64,000 nucleotides of DNA, taken from positions 58,776,001 to 58,840,000 of the forward strand of contig NC_043007.1 of the NCBI RefSeq assembly GCF_006345805.1, in the 5' to 3' direction. The position numbers were made by a program, and so were the translations under genes. The notes beneath the pieces were generated by a model, which was given only the letters and a program-made list of their open reading frames with translations, was not told where the DNA came from and did not search any database. Of the stretch, positions 52,936 to 64,000 are shown piece by piece; the stretch's first letter is position 1, and each line of letters opens with the position of its first letter. The DNA comes from Octopus sinensis (lineage: Eukaryota).

Positions 52936-53964
52936 AGGAGATAAATAAAAATATATGCATACATACAAACATATATGTACGTACCTACATCTACATGTAT
53001 ATATACATGCATATATAAATAATTATACGGAAGTACAGGACACACAATAAGACGTAGAAACAGAAAAAAACAAAACAAGAAAACGGAAAACGAAAACCAA
53101 ATACAGACAGGTTACACAAGGACAAAACCCCCGTCATCAGCTGTCGCTAGAGGAGTCAGGCATGTTTCGAAGGCATAACAGAACACTAATCCAATAGGCC
53201 TTCCTGCGAGAGAATTAAAATAAAATTTCAAGCAGCGGGGCACAATGAGTACGAACACAAACAAGACGTAACAATAAGACTGCAAAATTAAAATACATGT
53301 ACAAAAACAAACACAAGAGGACGAACGAAAAAGCCTTTTTTCTGGCATAGACAAACAATAAAACTGCAAAAATAAAAATACATGTACAAAAAGTACAATT
53401 AGTTACAAACCGAACGAGAAATAACAAGAATACTATACAGGAAATAACCACACAAGGGGACGAACGAAGAAGCCTTTTTGCTGGCAAGGACGAAAGTGTA
53501 GTAGCAGCGCGTGGAGGCAGTCTTTTCAATAGTGGTAACCACGTGTAAAGGAATTTTGTTTTATAGGCAAGGAAGAGGGAAGGAGGAGGGGGACACGCGG
53601 CGAAGAGAGAGGAGGAGGGGGAGGGAGAAAGATTGAAGAGGTTAAAGCAAAGGGAGAGAGTACCGCATCTTCAATATAATAATATTAATATAAAAAAAGG
53701 GGACCAAGAAGTGGATCGAAACGACGAATCGGAACGAACCTGATGCGGGGCGCTGTCAGACAATAAGGAGATAAATAAAAATATATGCATACATACAAAC
53801 ATATATGTACGTACCTACATCTACATGTATATATACATGCATATATAAATAATTATACGGAAGTACAGGACATCACAATAAGACGTAGAAACAGAAAAAA
53901 ACAAAAAACAAGAAAACGGAAAACGAAAACCAAATACAGGACAAGATACACAAGGACAAAACCC
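52936..53964 (-). mobile_element. Repeat family A element with ~195-bp direct terminal repeats and type II HHR-like motif
   Basis: 52936-53130 repeats at 53766-53964. Motif 53128-53173: ccttc GAAA catg cc tgactcctctagcgacag CTGATGA cggggg. Confidence 0.75.
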
Positions 53965-54000
53965 AATATAATATATATATATATATATATATAATAATAT

Positions 54001-54065
<65 letters not shown>

Positions 54066-54088
54066 TATTATAATATATATATATATAT

Positions 54089-54142
<54 letters not shown>

Positions 54143-54143
<1 letters not shown>

Positions 54144-54448
54144 GAGGCGCAATGGCCCAGTGGTTAGGGCAGTGGACTCGTAGTCGTAGGATCGCGGTTT
54201 CGATTCCCAGACCGGGTGTTGTGTGTGTTTATTGAGCGGAAACACCTAAAAGCTCCACGATGCTCCGACAGGGGGTGGTGGCGATCCCTGCTGTATTCTT
54301 TCACCACTCATTCTCTCACTCTTTCTTCTGTTGGCCTGCTTGCTTAGCCAGTGGGGTGGTGTCATTCGAAGGCTAAAACAACGCGAACGCATTGTGACCA
54401 GCGATGTGTAGCAACATCTGATGGTCTGGTCGGTCACATGATCACGTG
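54143..54448 (+). mobile_element. tRNA-derived SINE, family 3
   Basis: ggaggcgcaatggcccagtggttaggg A box, ggtttcgattcc B box, 3' end ggtcacatgatcacgtg before (TA)n. Confidence 0.8.
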
Positions 54449-54783
54449 ATATATATATATGCATGTATATATATATAATAGAAATATGTTTTTAAAAAAA
54501 TAGAAACTACACGTGGGAAAGTAAGAAGAAAGCAAGCGAACATCACATTGAATATCAAAAATTTAAAGGCTTTTTTTATGAAAAGTAGCAATAAATAAAT
54601 AAATACAATTAGATGAACTGAAATAGAATTAAGAGGAATTAAATTCATTATTTTGAATTGTTAAAGAGATTCAAATTGAAACCAGAGTCGTCATATATAT
54701 ATACATATGTATATGTGTGTGTGTGTGTATGTGTGTGTGTGTATGTGTATATATATGTATATATCTATATATGTGTATGTATA

Positions 54784-56267
54784 TCTCTTATTATAAAAGG
54801 CAGATTTTATCTGCCTCCCTTTGTCTCTTATAGAAATCTACAATATAGGATTTCTTCAATTACAATTTACCTAGCATTTTTAAGAGTAGAATGCATCGGG
54901 TTGTGCCAGGTCCAGTTTTTAAAATTTCAACCCCAATTAAGCAAAATTTAGAGAAAACTCACATTGTGGTGTGTATGTCAAATGCTTTTCTTAGTGTGGG
55001 CTACAGCACACGCACACGCACAAACACACAAACGGAGCGAGCTGTTTCACTGACGCTATCACCCTAATTTCTCATTTCTCTTTGCAAGTGTGCAACGATT
55101 AAAGTGAAAACAGTGAATCCGACAGCAATAAAGAAAATGAATTGGCACCTGAATGGAGTGAAAATTTAAAAACTGTTTCTTTCGGTGATTTTTCTGAAGA
55201 AACTGGACCAAGCCACAGACTTTCCCAGAAGAGTAAAGCCTTAGACTATTTCCTTTTACTTTTTCGAATGAGCCCATTTAAAATCATTACGGCGAAAACG
55301 AACCGTTACGCTAAACGTAAACAAAGCGAAAGAAAGGATAGTTTGTTATTTCCCACAACCTTAAATGAAATTAAGGCCTATTTTGCCATAAATATTATTA
55401 TGGGTATCAGAAGTTACCCAGAATAACAAATTCTATCGTAAAATTTTGTTGTATACCCAATTGCATATTAGCTAATAACCCATTTTCTATAGCGATGTTT
55501 GAACAAAATTTTAATAATTTTATATATTGTTGAATTTACCTGTATCTACCTGCAATTAGAGTCACTTTGTGACAAAAATTATAGTATAGAATTGGTTGAG
55601 AACATTTCATTAAATTATCTTCCAAAATTCACGTTAATATATTGATAAATAAAAAAGTTATTGTTGTTTAATGAAACCAGACTAAATTTATGATTACGTT
55701 AGAAAATAATTGAAACACATAAGGGGTGTATTTTGGTCAGAAATATAGTAACGAAAGGGTTAAGAAAAACCAAAAAATATTTTATTCTTTATAAATGTTG
55801 TGTTCAAAATAACATTTTCTTTTAAGAATGTGTATATAACAAAGTATGTGTATATAACTACGTGGCTTATATCTTTATATATAAAACTGAAGTTGTGTGT
55901 CTGTCTCCTACGATTTAGATTCGTAACTACTCCCACATTTTGCGGTGCAGTTTCACCAAAACCGGGTATCTTAAAGTCGTGAGTCATATCGAGCCCTTCT
56001 GGGTATAAGCGCGCGTCTACGATGAGTCTATGATTTTTAAAAATTTACCATCATATTTTTCCATTTTAATGCATTTTTTCGCTATTATATAAGGGAAGTA
56101 ACTCTCTAAAAATATCTACGATGTGTCAACGATTTAAAAAAAAATTTACCTTAATTTTTTTTCCATTTTTAATGCATTTTTTTGCTATTTTTTGGCTATA
56201 ACTCTCTAAAAATGTTTATATAGTTATTTCCCTTACAAACCCGAGCAACGCCGGGCGATACTGCTAG
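54784..56267 (+). mobile_element. Composite non-autonomous Helitron
   Basis: TC start, internal TC start at 55872, terminal hairpin plus CTAG. Confidence 0.75.
55100..55763 (+). mobile_element. piggyBac transposase fragment and right end
   Basis: FSEETGP...ALDYFLLLF...TNRYA...TTLNEIKAYFAINIIMGI; terminus GTAACGAAAGGG-TTAA. Confidence 0.8.
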
Positions 56268-56269
56268 TC

Positions 56270-56820
56270 TATAATAAGGACAAGACTCGACTTCATCAAA
56301 ACAGTCCTTCCCGCAAAGCAAATTAAATAAAATTTGGGATTTTTTGCGGAGGGTGAAAGTGGTAACAAAAACAGGATGGTGAGAAAAAAGTAGTAAAAAT
56401 AAATGGTGAGGGCTGTTAAGCAGTGAACACTGGAAAAACGAGCTTTGATAAGAGACAGATAAAAGCACGTCTTGTCTTCAGGGAGGAAGTGGAAGAAAGA
56501 AAGATGGATGGCCATTAGTCACGTGTGAGCGACGAGAGAGTCAAGGAAGAAGAGTGAGAGAGAGAAAGAGAGAGAGAGGGAACGGTGAAGTGAAAAGGAG
56601 AAAAATAGGGAGATGGTGGGAGAGAAAAACAGAAAGGAAGAAGAACAAGAGAGGGAGATAGATAGACCCCAAATTTTATTTAATTTGCTTTGCAGGAAGG
56701 ACTGTTTTGACGAAGTCACGTCTTGTCCTTACCTTCAAAATGTAGAGTAGATAAAACAGGGGCAACTGATGAAGGGAAGGTTCTTTATGTTGCATGTCTC
56801 ATTTCTCTGTTTGTTTTACT
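56270..56820 (+). mobile_element. Family A-related foldback element with degenerate type II HHR-like motif (56727-56780)
   Basis: ~56275-56338 is inverted at ~56668-56731. ccttaccttc aaaa...caa CTGATGA agggaagg. Confidence 0.6.
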
Positions 56821-57263
56821 ATATTATATAATATATTATATTTATCTCTGGGTAATGGACGCCATATTTATCACATGACTTTTCGGTATAAATGCTAAAG
56901 TACACTTATCTCGGTTTAATCTACAGCAATTCGCCAGCAGATAAGTCATATTTTTTAACTCTTTTCTAAACAATATTGACATACATCTTTTATTAACTTT
57001 ATACACTAACGCATATTTACATTTATTTACATTCTCCATAATGAATTAATCATGTTCACAATAATACGCTATTTGAATTTTATAATACGTAACTTTTAAT
57101 AATATTAATGTCTTCAATTTAGGGATTACTTTACAGGTTTTGTTTCTTTATATATATTTTTATTCTTTATTATTTTCTTATTATTTTAGTATCTTATTAT
57201 TTTTTTATTCCCTATCATATTATGAGGTAAGTTAAAATTTTAGTTTTTAGGTTTTTGGAGAAT

Positions 57264-57383
57264 TTAACCTGAGGAGTGACTGCTTTTTGGAGTAAAATAA
57301 TTTTTCCATTCTAATGAAATTGGATATGGTTTCTTATATGATTTTATATAGTTCTAATTCAGCCATGAAACGCATGTAGTCAA
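57264..57383 (+). ncRNA. Type I HHR with long stem II
   Basis: ttaac CTGAGGA gtgactg...cagccat GAAA cgcatg TA gtcaa; same core and flanks as the 13258 HHR. Confidence 0.75.
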
Positions 57384-57857
57384 TGTACAAGTACTTACTT
57401 TTATACATAATATTATTGTATTAATTTTTATTGTTCAATTTATACTTTATTTGATTTTAGATTAATATTTTTATGATGAATGGTTCTTTGTATGATATTC
57501 GCTGTGATTTTAAAGTATTTGCTCTTATATATTATATGATTGTAATAATCTTACTGTTCAACATTATATATTATTAAAATTTTAGATTAGTATTGTGTAT
57601 GGTATATGTCTCACAGCATGGTTTTGGACGGGTTATTCATTGACTGAGTTGTGGAATGGTGGTTCATCTCTAAATTAGTTATATATATGCATATATACAT
57701 ACATATATATATATATGTATGTATATATATATATATATACATACATAAATATATATCTGTATATCTATATATATGTGTGTGTGTGTGTATATTCTGGGAA
57801 TTTTCTTGGTTGTGTAGGGTCCTGGATACGTTGCCTGTGTACCGTCAAATATCCTGA

Positions 57858-60175
57858 GGATTATAATTCTCTCATGTAAAACTCTATCAAGCCAACAAAC
57901 CAAAATTCTCTCAAAAGAACTGAAGTTCATTCCAACACTACAAAAATTGAATTTAAATTAGTTACAGAATGATATCCAGGAATTCTGTAGAAAACTTCAA
58001 GTTAATGAAGAACTATTTGATAAAGAGATTAATGATTACTCAATACTTCATAATAAAACCAATTACTCTCCAACAAAAAGTGAGAAACCAAACTTTGGAT
58101 AAATTTTGTGATTTGGCATCCAATTTCCCCAATAATTTAGTCCCACCTCAAAAATTTAAAACAAATACAAGCTGAGAAGAATGAAAAATCATTAATAATG
58201 TTATGGATGACCATAATATAGTTATAAAAGAAGATGATAAAGGGAGTACTGTAGTCATGGACTCAGAACAATACATAAACACTACCCTAACCCTCCTTCA
58301 AGCCAATACCTACTATGAAAAAAATCAACAACTATTGTCAAGCCAAAATAAGGGAAAAGTTTACCATCTTTATCCATCAGTTCCAACAAGATTTAAAGGA
58401 AAAGGAAACTAGATCTGACTGCAAAGCTGCAACTTTTATGGACTTGCAAAATTTCACAAAAGTGAAACCATAAAAAGTGAAAAATTTAAAATAAATACAA
58501 GCTGAGAAGAATGAAAAATCATTAATAATGTTATGGATGACCATAATATAGTTATAAAAGAAGATGATAAAGGGAGTACTGTAGTCATGGACTCAGAACA
58601 ATACATAAACACTACCCTAACCCTCCTTCAAGCCAATACCTACTATGAAAAAAATCAACAACTATTGTCAAGCCAAAATAAGGGAAAAGTTTACCATCTT
58701 TATCCATCAGTTCCAACAAGATTTAAGGAAAAGGAAACTAGATCTGACTGCAAAGCTGCAACTTTTATGGACTTGCAAAATTTCACAAAAGTGAAACCAT
58801 AAAAAGTGAAAAATTTAAAATAAATACAAGCTGAGAAGAATGAAAAATCATTAATAATGTTATGGATGACCATAATATAGTTATAAAAGAAGATGATAAA
58901 GGGAGTACTGTAGTCATGGACTCAGAACAATACATAAACACTACCCTAACCCTCCTTCAAGCCAATACCTACTATGAAAAAAATCAACAACTATTGTCAA
59001 GCCAAAATAAGGGAAAAGTTTACCATCTTTATCCATCAGTTCCAACAAGATTTAAAGGAAAAGGAAACTAGATCTGACTGCAAAGCTGCAACTTTTATGG
59101 ACTTGCAAAATTTCACAAAAGTGAAACCATAAATAAAGCCTGTAGAAGATCGACTTCTTTAGTTGTTAGTATTTCACATCCAAGAGATCTCAAAATGAGG
59201 TCACTTATGGTCATTCCTGTGAGACACACAGACTCAGGAACTTCATTGACATCCTCCTAAAGCCTATTCTCCAGCATATACTGAACCAAGCTTCATAAGA
59301 GATGACCTGGGCTTTTTAAACCACCACCTGAGCAAAACCAACATGGACTCTCTTTTGGTCTCATGAATACAGAATAGAAGCTATATAATTCTGGCTGGAA
59401 AAATTCCCAAATGACATTCCTAATCGAATTGGAAGAGGATTCATCATTGAGGGACTAAAATTCATCCTACAGAATAACTTTTTTAACTTCAACAAAAAGA
59501 GCTACAGACGAAAATCTGTGACTGCAATAGGAACGAGGGTAACCCCCACTTTTGCTAACCTTGTCATGGCATACTTGGAAGTCCAAATGTATGAACACAC
59601 CAGACTGAAACTTGGTGACAACTTCCAAAAATATTTACTCACCAGCTGGAAATGCTACCTGGATGACTGTTTCATTCTGTGGTCACATAACCTTGATCAA
59701 CTCTTGGAATTTAAAAAAACTTAATTAACAACATTAACGACAGTATCCAATTTACAACGGAATGCAGTCACAAACAGCTATCCTTTCTGGACATTTTAAT
59801 CATAAAAGGAGTACTAACATAGAAACCAACATCCACTTTAAACCAACAGACTCAAAACAATATCAACTATTCTCTTCTTGCCATCCAAAGCATACTTAAA
59901 TCAATACACCTTTTAATTTGGCATCAAGAACTTAAAAATACATTACTACAAAGAAAAAACCCAGTTAGTTTAATCAAAAATAGAATAGAATGTGCAAAAC
60001 AACAGACATCTAAAAATTACAAAAAACAAGAAACCCCCCTGATACACTTAAAACTTTGTCTAATGTATCAACATGCAATCCAAAGAACATGGAAGCAAAC
60101 AACATCATCCATCAGAATATACCCCGCCAGTTCAACAATCTGCAAATGAAAAAAAGCACTTGAAGCACATAAATT
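57858..60175 (+). pseudogene. Penelope-like element 3 (tentatively Neptune-like) RT, degenerate, 3'-truncated
   Basis: IIILSCKTLS...KELKFIPT, IVIKEDDKGSTVVMD, TAIGTRVTPTFANLVMAYLE, WKCYLDDCFILW, LSFLDILI. Confidence 0.85.
58152..59132 (+). repeat. Near-identical tandem triplication, ~329-330 bp unit
   Basis: Identical ORF starts at 58203, 58533 and 58862. Confidence 0.95.
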
Positions 60176-60179
60176 TTGA

Positions 60180-60960
60180 CAAGGGACTTTAGTTTGGAAG
60201 ATTTTCACTGTTCTAAATATACTGTCCCTTTTGATAATGATGTATTGAAAATCACTATTAGAAGAAATCCATATGTTTTGGATGGAGTGTTGTTTGTTGT
60301 CCTGGTTGAACCCATTAACGTTGGCACTTAGCATTCTTATAGAGTACCTACTTTTCATCACTGGTCACTAAGCAGTTAAAAAATGGACTTTTTTCTCTCT
60401 TGAATAAAGAGCAGTGCAGATATTGACACAGTCTCTTCAATTGTTTTCACTCAGTTCATGTGGAACCCACTTGCCAAGCTTCGACACGATTCCAACTCCT
60501 TGCTAATGGCAATGGACAATTGGCGATGATGAATTAACCTCTTCGACTAACTCTTCAACAGTTGCATATGGATTTCTTCTAATAGTCAATCGAAAGGGTT
60601 TCATTTTCCATCATGACAATGCCAAACCTCATAGTACAAGAATCACATGTGCTAAGATTGAGGAGCTAGGATGGGAAAGACTTCCACATCCCCTGTATTC
60701 TCCTGACCTTGCTCCTTTGGATTATCATTTATTCAGAAGCTTGCAAAAATTTATCGATGGAAAAGAATGCAATTCCTTAGAGGCTCTTGAAACGAACCTT
60801 CAAGAGTTTTTCTCTTCCAAGCCAGCTGGTTTCCATAGGATTGGTATGGAAAACCTTTTACAGTATTGGAAGAATGTTATTGATTCAGATACAGAATACA
60901 TAGTTGATTAAATTGGTACCTTGTTTTTTTCATTTCTTTAAAGCCTTCTACAAAAAACAA
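60180..60960 (+). mobile_element. Mariner transposase relic with internal inversion
   Basis: Plus: DFSLED...LLEENPY, then FHHDNAKPH...YSPDLAPLDYHLF. Minus, in between: KLGKWVPHEL, TSDEK. Confidence 0.8.
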
Positions 60961-61369
60961 CATTACATACATACATATATGCTTATATGAGAAGAATTCT
61001 TCATTATATCTTAGTACCTTATGGAGACACAGAGTATGCTGCAATTATCAAAATGCATTGTTATAGAAATAAGTGAAATGACAAATGAAAAGCGAAGTAC
61101 TTTTTGAGAAGTCAGCTGAGGGGGCACGTCTGCACCTACAATGCATGACAATTGTAGTACCTGTGCATGATGGGTCAAAATGACCATAGTGATCTGAATA
61201 AAGAGTCTCATGAATTCCATTTTCTTTCTCTCATATTTTTTATAAAGTTTATGAACACAAAAGAATTCCTGAAGTAAATCCAGTGGAATTTACCACCATA
61301 CTACAAAGAATATTCCTGAATATAAGATTATTACTGATATATATATATATATATATATGGATGTAGATA

Positions 61370-61763
61370 GTTGCATACAAAAATGCCAATCACTTAAAGG
61401 GGATGGCACTTGTAGAGAAGGGAGGTCCAGAAAGACATAAGATGAAGTATTGAAGGCTGATCTCAAGACACTAAGCCTTATGAAGTAGATAATTAAGGAG
61501 ATGGTGCATTGCTGTAGTTAAGAAGACCTCTCCACCACAGCAGAATTGATACTGTGTGCAGGTGCCATATCAAAAGCACTGGGGCTGATGTACAGCATGC
61601 AGTACACTTTGTAGATTGGTTGGCATTAGAAAGGGCATTCAGCTATAGAAACCAGAACAGTCAAATGGAACCTAGTATGGCTCCTGACTGTACCAGCTCC
61701 AGTCAAATCATCCAACCCATGCCAACATAGAAAATGGATGTTAAATGATGATGATGGTGATGA
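61370..61763 (+). mobile_element. Diverged RTE 3' fragment with (GAT)n tail
   Basis: CREGRSRKT-like C-terminus and RTE terminal sequence. Confidence 0.65.
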
Positions 61764-62199
61764 TATATATATATATATATATATATATAAAGCTTCATGA
61801 TAGCAAAGGAGTATGGACACCAGCAGCACCTGCCTACCTCGGTTGCTATGGCATTGAAGTAGATCCAGCCACCTCCGTAAATAGGGACAAAACCCAAATT
61901 AAAACACTGGATGATGATGATGATGGTGATGATTATATATATATATACTGGTAATTGTACTGGTCTGTGTGTAGAGGTCTCCCATCTTTGTATCCATTTT
62001 TTGAGTGTGTATGCCTGTCAGTTTACCATGTAAGTGTCTGTATGTACTTATGTGAACCTCATTATGTATATGTGTTAGTATGGATGTATATGTATATGAT
62101 TATGGGTATATATGTATATATATTTACAGCTATGTGTACCTCTGTGTGGACTGCATGTTCATATATGTGTGTCTGTATACATGGGTATATGGGTGTATT

Positions 62200-62450
62200 T
62201 ATGTCATAAGAGGGATTAAATGTGGCATGCAGGAGAGGAGAATGCATTGGTTTGGACATGTGATACATATGAGTGAAGACAGCTGTATACAGAAGTACCT
62301 GTCACTGAAAGCGGATGGTACCTGTAGAAGAGTGACCCTGGAAGACATGCGATGAAGTGGTGAGGACTGATCTTAGGATGTTAGGGCTCGTGGTGGAAGT
62401 GACAGTGAACCAAGATGTTTGGAGGTGTCCATGAAACTGAGTGCTAGAAG
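62200..62450 (+). mobile_element. RTE C-terminal fragment
   Basis: GIKCGMQERRMHWFGHVIHMSEDSCIQK. Confidence 0.7.
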
Positions 62451-63059
62451 AGTTGTGTCCCACCCACTCTACCCAAAGAAATTGAACTACAACTCTTTTA
62501 ACTGCATCTTTCTCTTCCTCACATTTTCTCTTCATAAACTATGATTGTTTCCCCTTTCTTGCCTTCACTGCCCTGCTCACTAAATTGCTGTTCCCCACAC
62601 CCACACTCTATTTTTCTAACCAGGTTCTACGCTCATATTCTTGTTACTTGTGAGTATATTCTATAGTACTACACCATCTCTCTTACACGTTTGCTGTTTC
62701 ATACTCTCTGTTTCCCTTTGGTCACTCTCTCTCTCTTGTTTTTCCTCTGACTAGGTAACCAAGTATCTCCTTTACATCAGCACACTTGTTTCTGGTCTCT
62801 TTCTTGTACCTCTCTCACTTGGTAACCATGTGTCTCCTCTATAGCAAGACACCTATTTCTGCTTCTCTATTTCCCTGTTACACTCTAACCTTTCATGATT
62901 TGATACTGGATCACCTCCTCTAATGCCCCCTCTGTAAGACACCTGCTTCTGTCTGTCTCTTTGTCACACTCTAACTTTTCATTCTCTGACACATGTTCTC
63001 CTCCTCAAATACCCTGCCCCTCTCATAATTCCTTGTCTTGTGAGTTACTTGGTTACTCT

Positions 63060-63340
63060 GCCAGTGCTGGTGCCATATTAAAAACATCCAATCTACACTG
63101 TAACGTGGTTGGCATTTGTAAGGGCATCCAGCTGAAATATCATGCCAAAACTAACTTCACCTGTGCTGGTACCACATAAAAAGTACTGAGTCCACTCAGC
63201 AGAGTGGTTGGTGTTAGGAAGGGCATCCAACCATAAAATCCCTGCCAAAATAGACACAGTAGCCTAGGGTAGTTTTTCTACCTGGCTGGTTCCTGTCAAC
63301 CATCCTACCCATACATGTAGGATGATGCTGATGCTGATGA
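63060..63340 (+). mobile_element. Diverged RTE 3' end
   Basis: ggttggtgttaggaagggcatcc...gatgatgctgatg. Confidence 0.6.
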
Positions 63341-63344
63341 TATA

Positions 63345-63482
63345 TATGATGGTTTTCTTTTAGTTTCTGTCTACCAAATCCACTTACAAGACTTTGGTCA
63401 GCTTGAGGCTGTAGCAGAAGACACTTGCCCAAAGTGTCACACACCTGTGACTGAACCTGAAACCATGTGATTAGGAAGCAGT
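63345..63482 (-). mobile_element. SINE family 1 head fragment
   Basis: tctaccaaatccac...gaagacacttgccc...gactgaacc. Confidence 0.75.
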
Positions 63483-63704
63483 ATGTATAATTTATACTAA
63501 TTGATGTGTGGGAGCTTGTCTAAATTTCTGGGGTAAAATACAAGGGGGTACTTATAACATTTTAAAGCATAGTTGATGAAAACCCACATTAATTGATGAT
63601 ACATCATGTATTCATTAATGGGGTGGTATCATTTCTTTGAAAATTTCATGGTTTTTGATATAGTAAAGGAATATTTTAAGTGTTATAATTTAAGTTTCAA
63701 ATTA

Positions 63705-63895
63705 TGGTCGGCAATTTTAAGGAAGCAGGATAGTTGATTACATCAACCTCAATGCTCAACTGGTTCTTATTTTATTGACCATTAAAAGATGAAACATTAA
63801 GTCAATCTTAGTAGAATTTGAACTCAGATCTTAATGAGCCAGAAGAAATGCTGCAGATCATTTTGTCCAACACAGTAGCAGTTCTTCCTTCTCAC
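63705..63895 (-). mobile_element. SINE family 2, diverged
   Basis: Similarity to 2440-2635. Confidence 0.55.
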
Positions 63896-64000
63896 CATCT
63901 CTGAGTATAAAGGGATGGTGTTGCTAGATTAATTTTATCATGATGCTTACTATGTTAAGAATGTTATGTATTCATTTAAGAGCATTTAAGGTGTGGCTAG

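Noticed and set aside
54143-54215. tRNA gene
   Set aside because: No clean cloverleaf or poly-T terminator; continues into a SINE body. The same applies to 17915 and 19120.
61011-61270. Minus-strand ORF as a host exon
   Set aside because: No recognisable domain or clear donor site.

Overview
AT-rich eukaryotic window made almost entirely of transposon relics and (TA)n/(CA)n/(TACA)n microsatellites. It is probably a cephalopod (Octopus-like), inferred from the tRNA-derived SINE families and the abundant (GAT)n-tailed RTE LINE. No host protein-coding gene could be supported, and most ORF-track entries are microsatellite translations. Recognisable elements: three Penelope-like elements (PLEs; RT plus GIY-YIG, two with kb-scale inverted arms), several RTE LINE copies whose ORF carries a PHD-like Cys/His finger, CRE and BovB-type LINE fragments, four Tc1/mariner relics, a Tigger/pogo element, two composite Helitrons carrying piggyBac pieces, a probable solo LTR, many SINEs and a 100-N gap. 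The main hidden signal is about 15 hammerhead-ribozyme (HHR) or HHR-like motifs, read by eye. They sit in PLE ends and in small non-coding foldback or direct-repeat elements embedded in (TA)n. They include minimal type I, long-stem-II type I and type II-like forms. Across them the catalytic-core 3-8 pair appears as C-G, U-A, G-C and A-U. All structures and coordinates were derived manually, element boundaries may be off by tens of bases, and no folding or database search was run.
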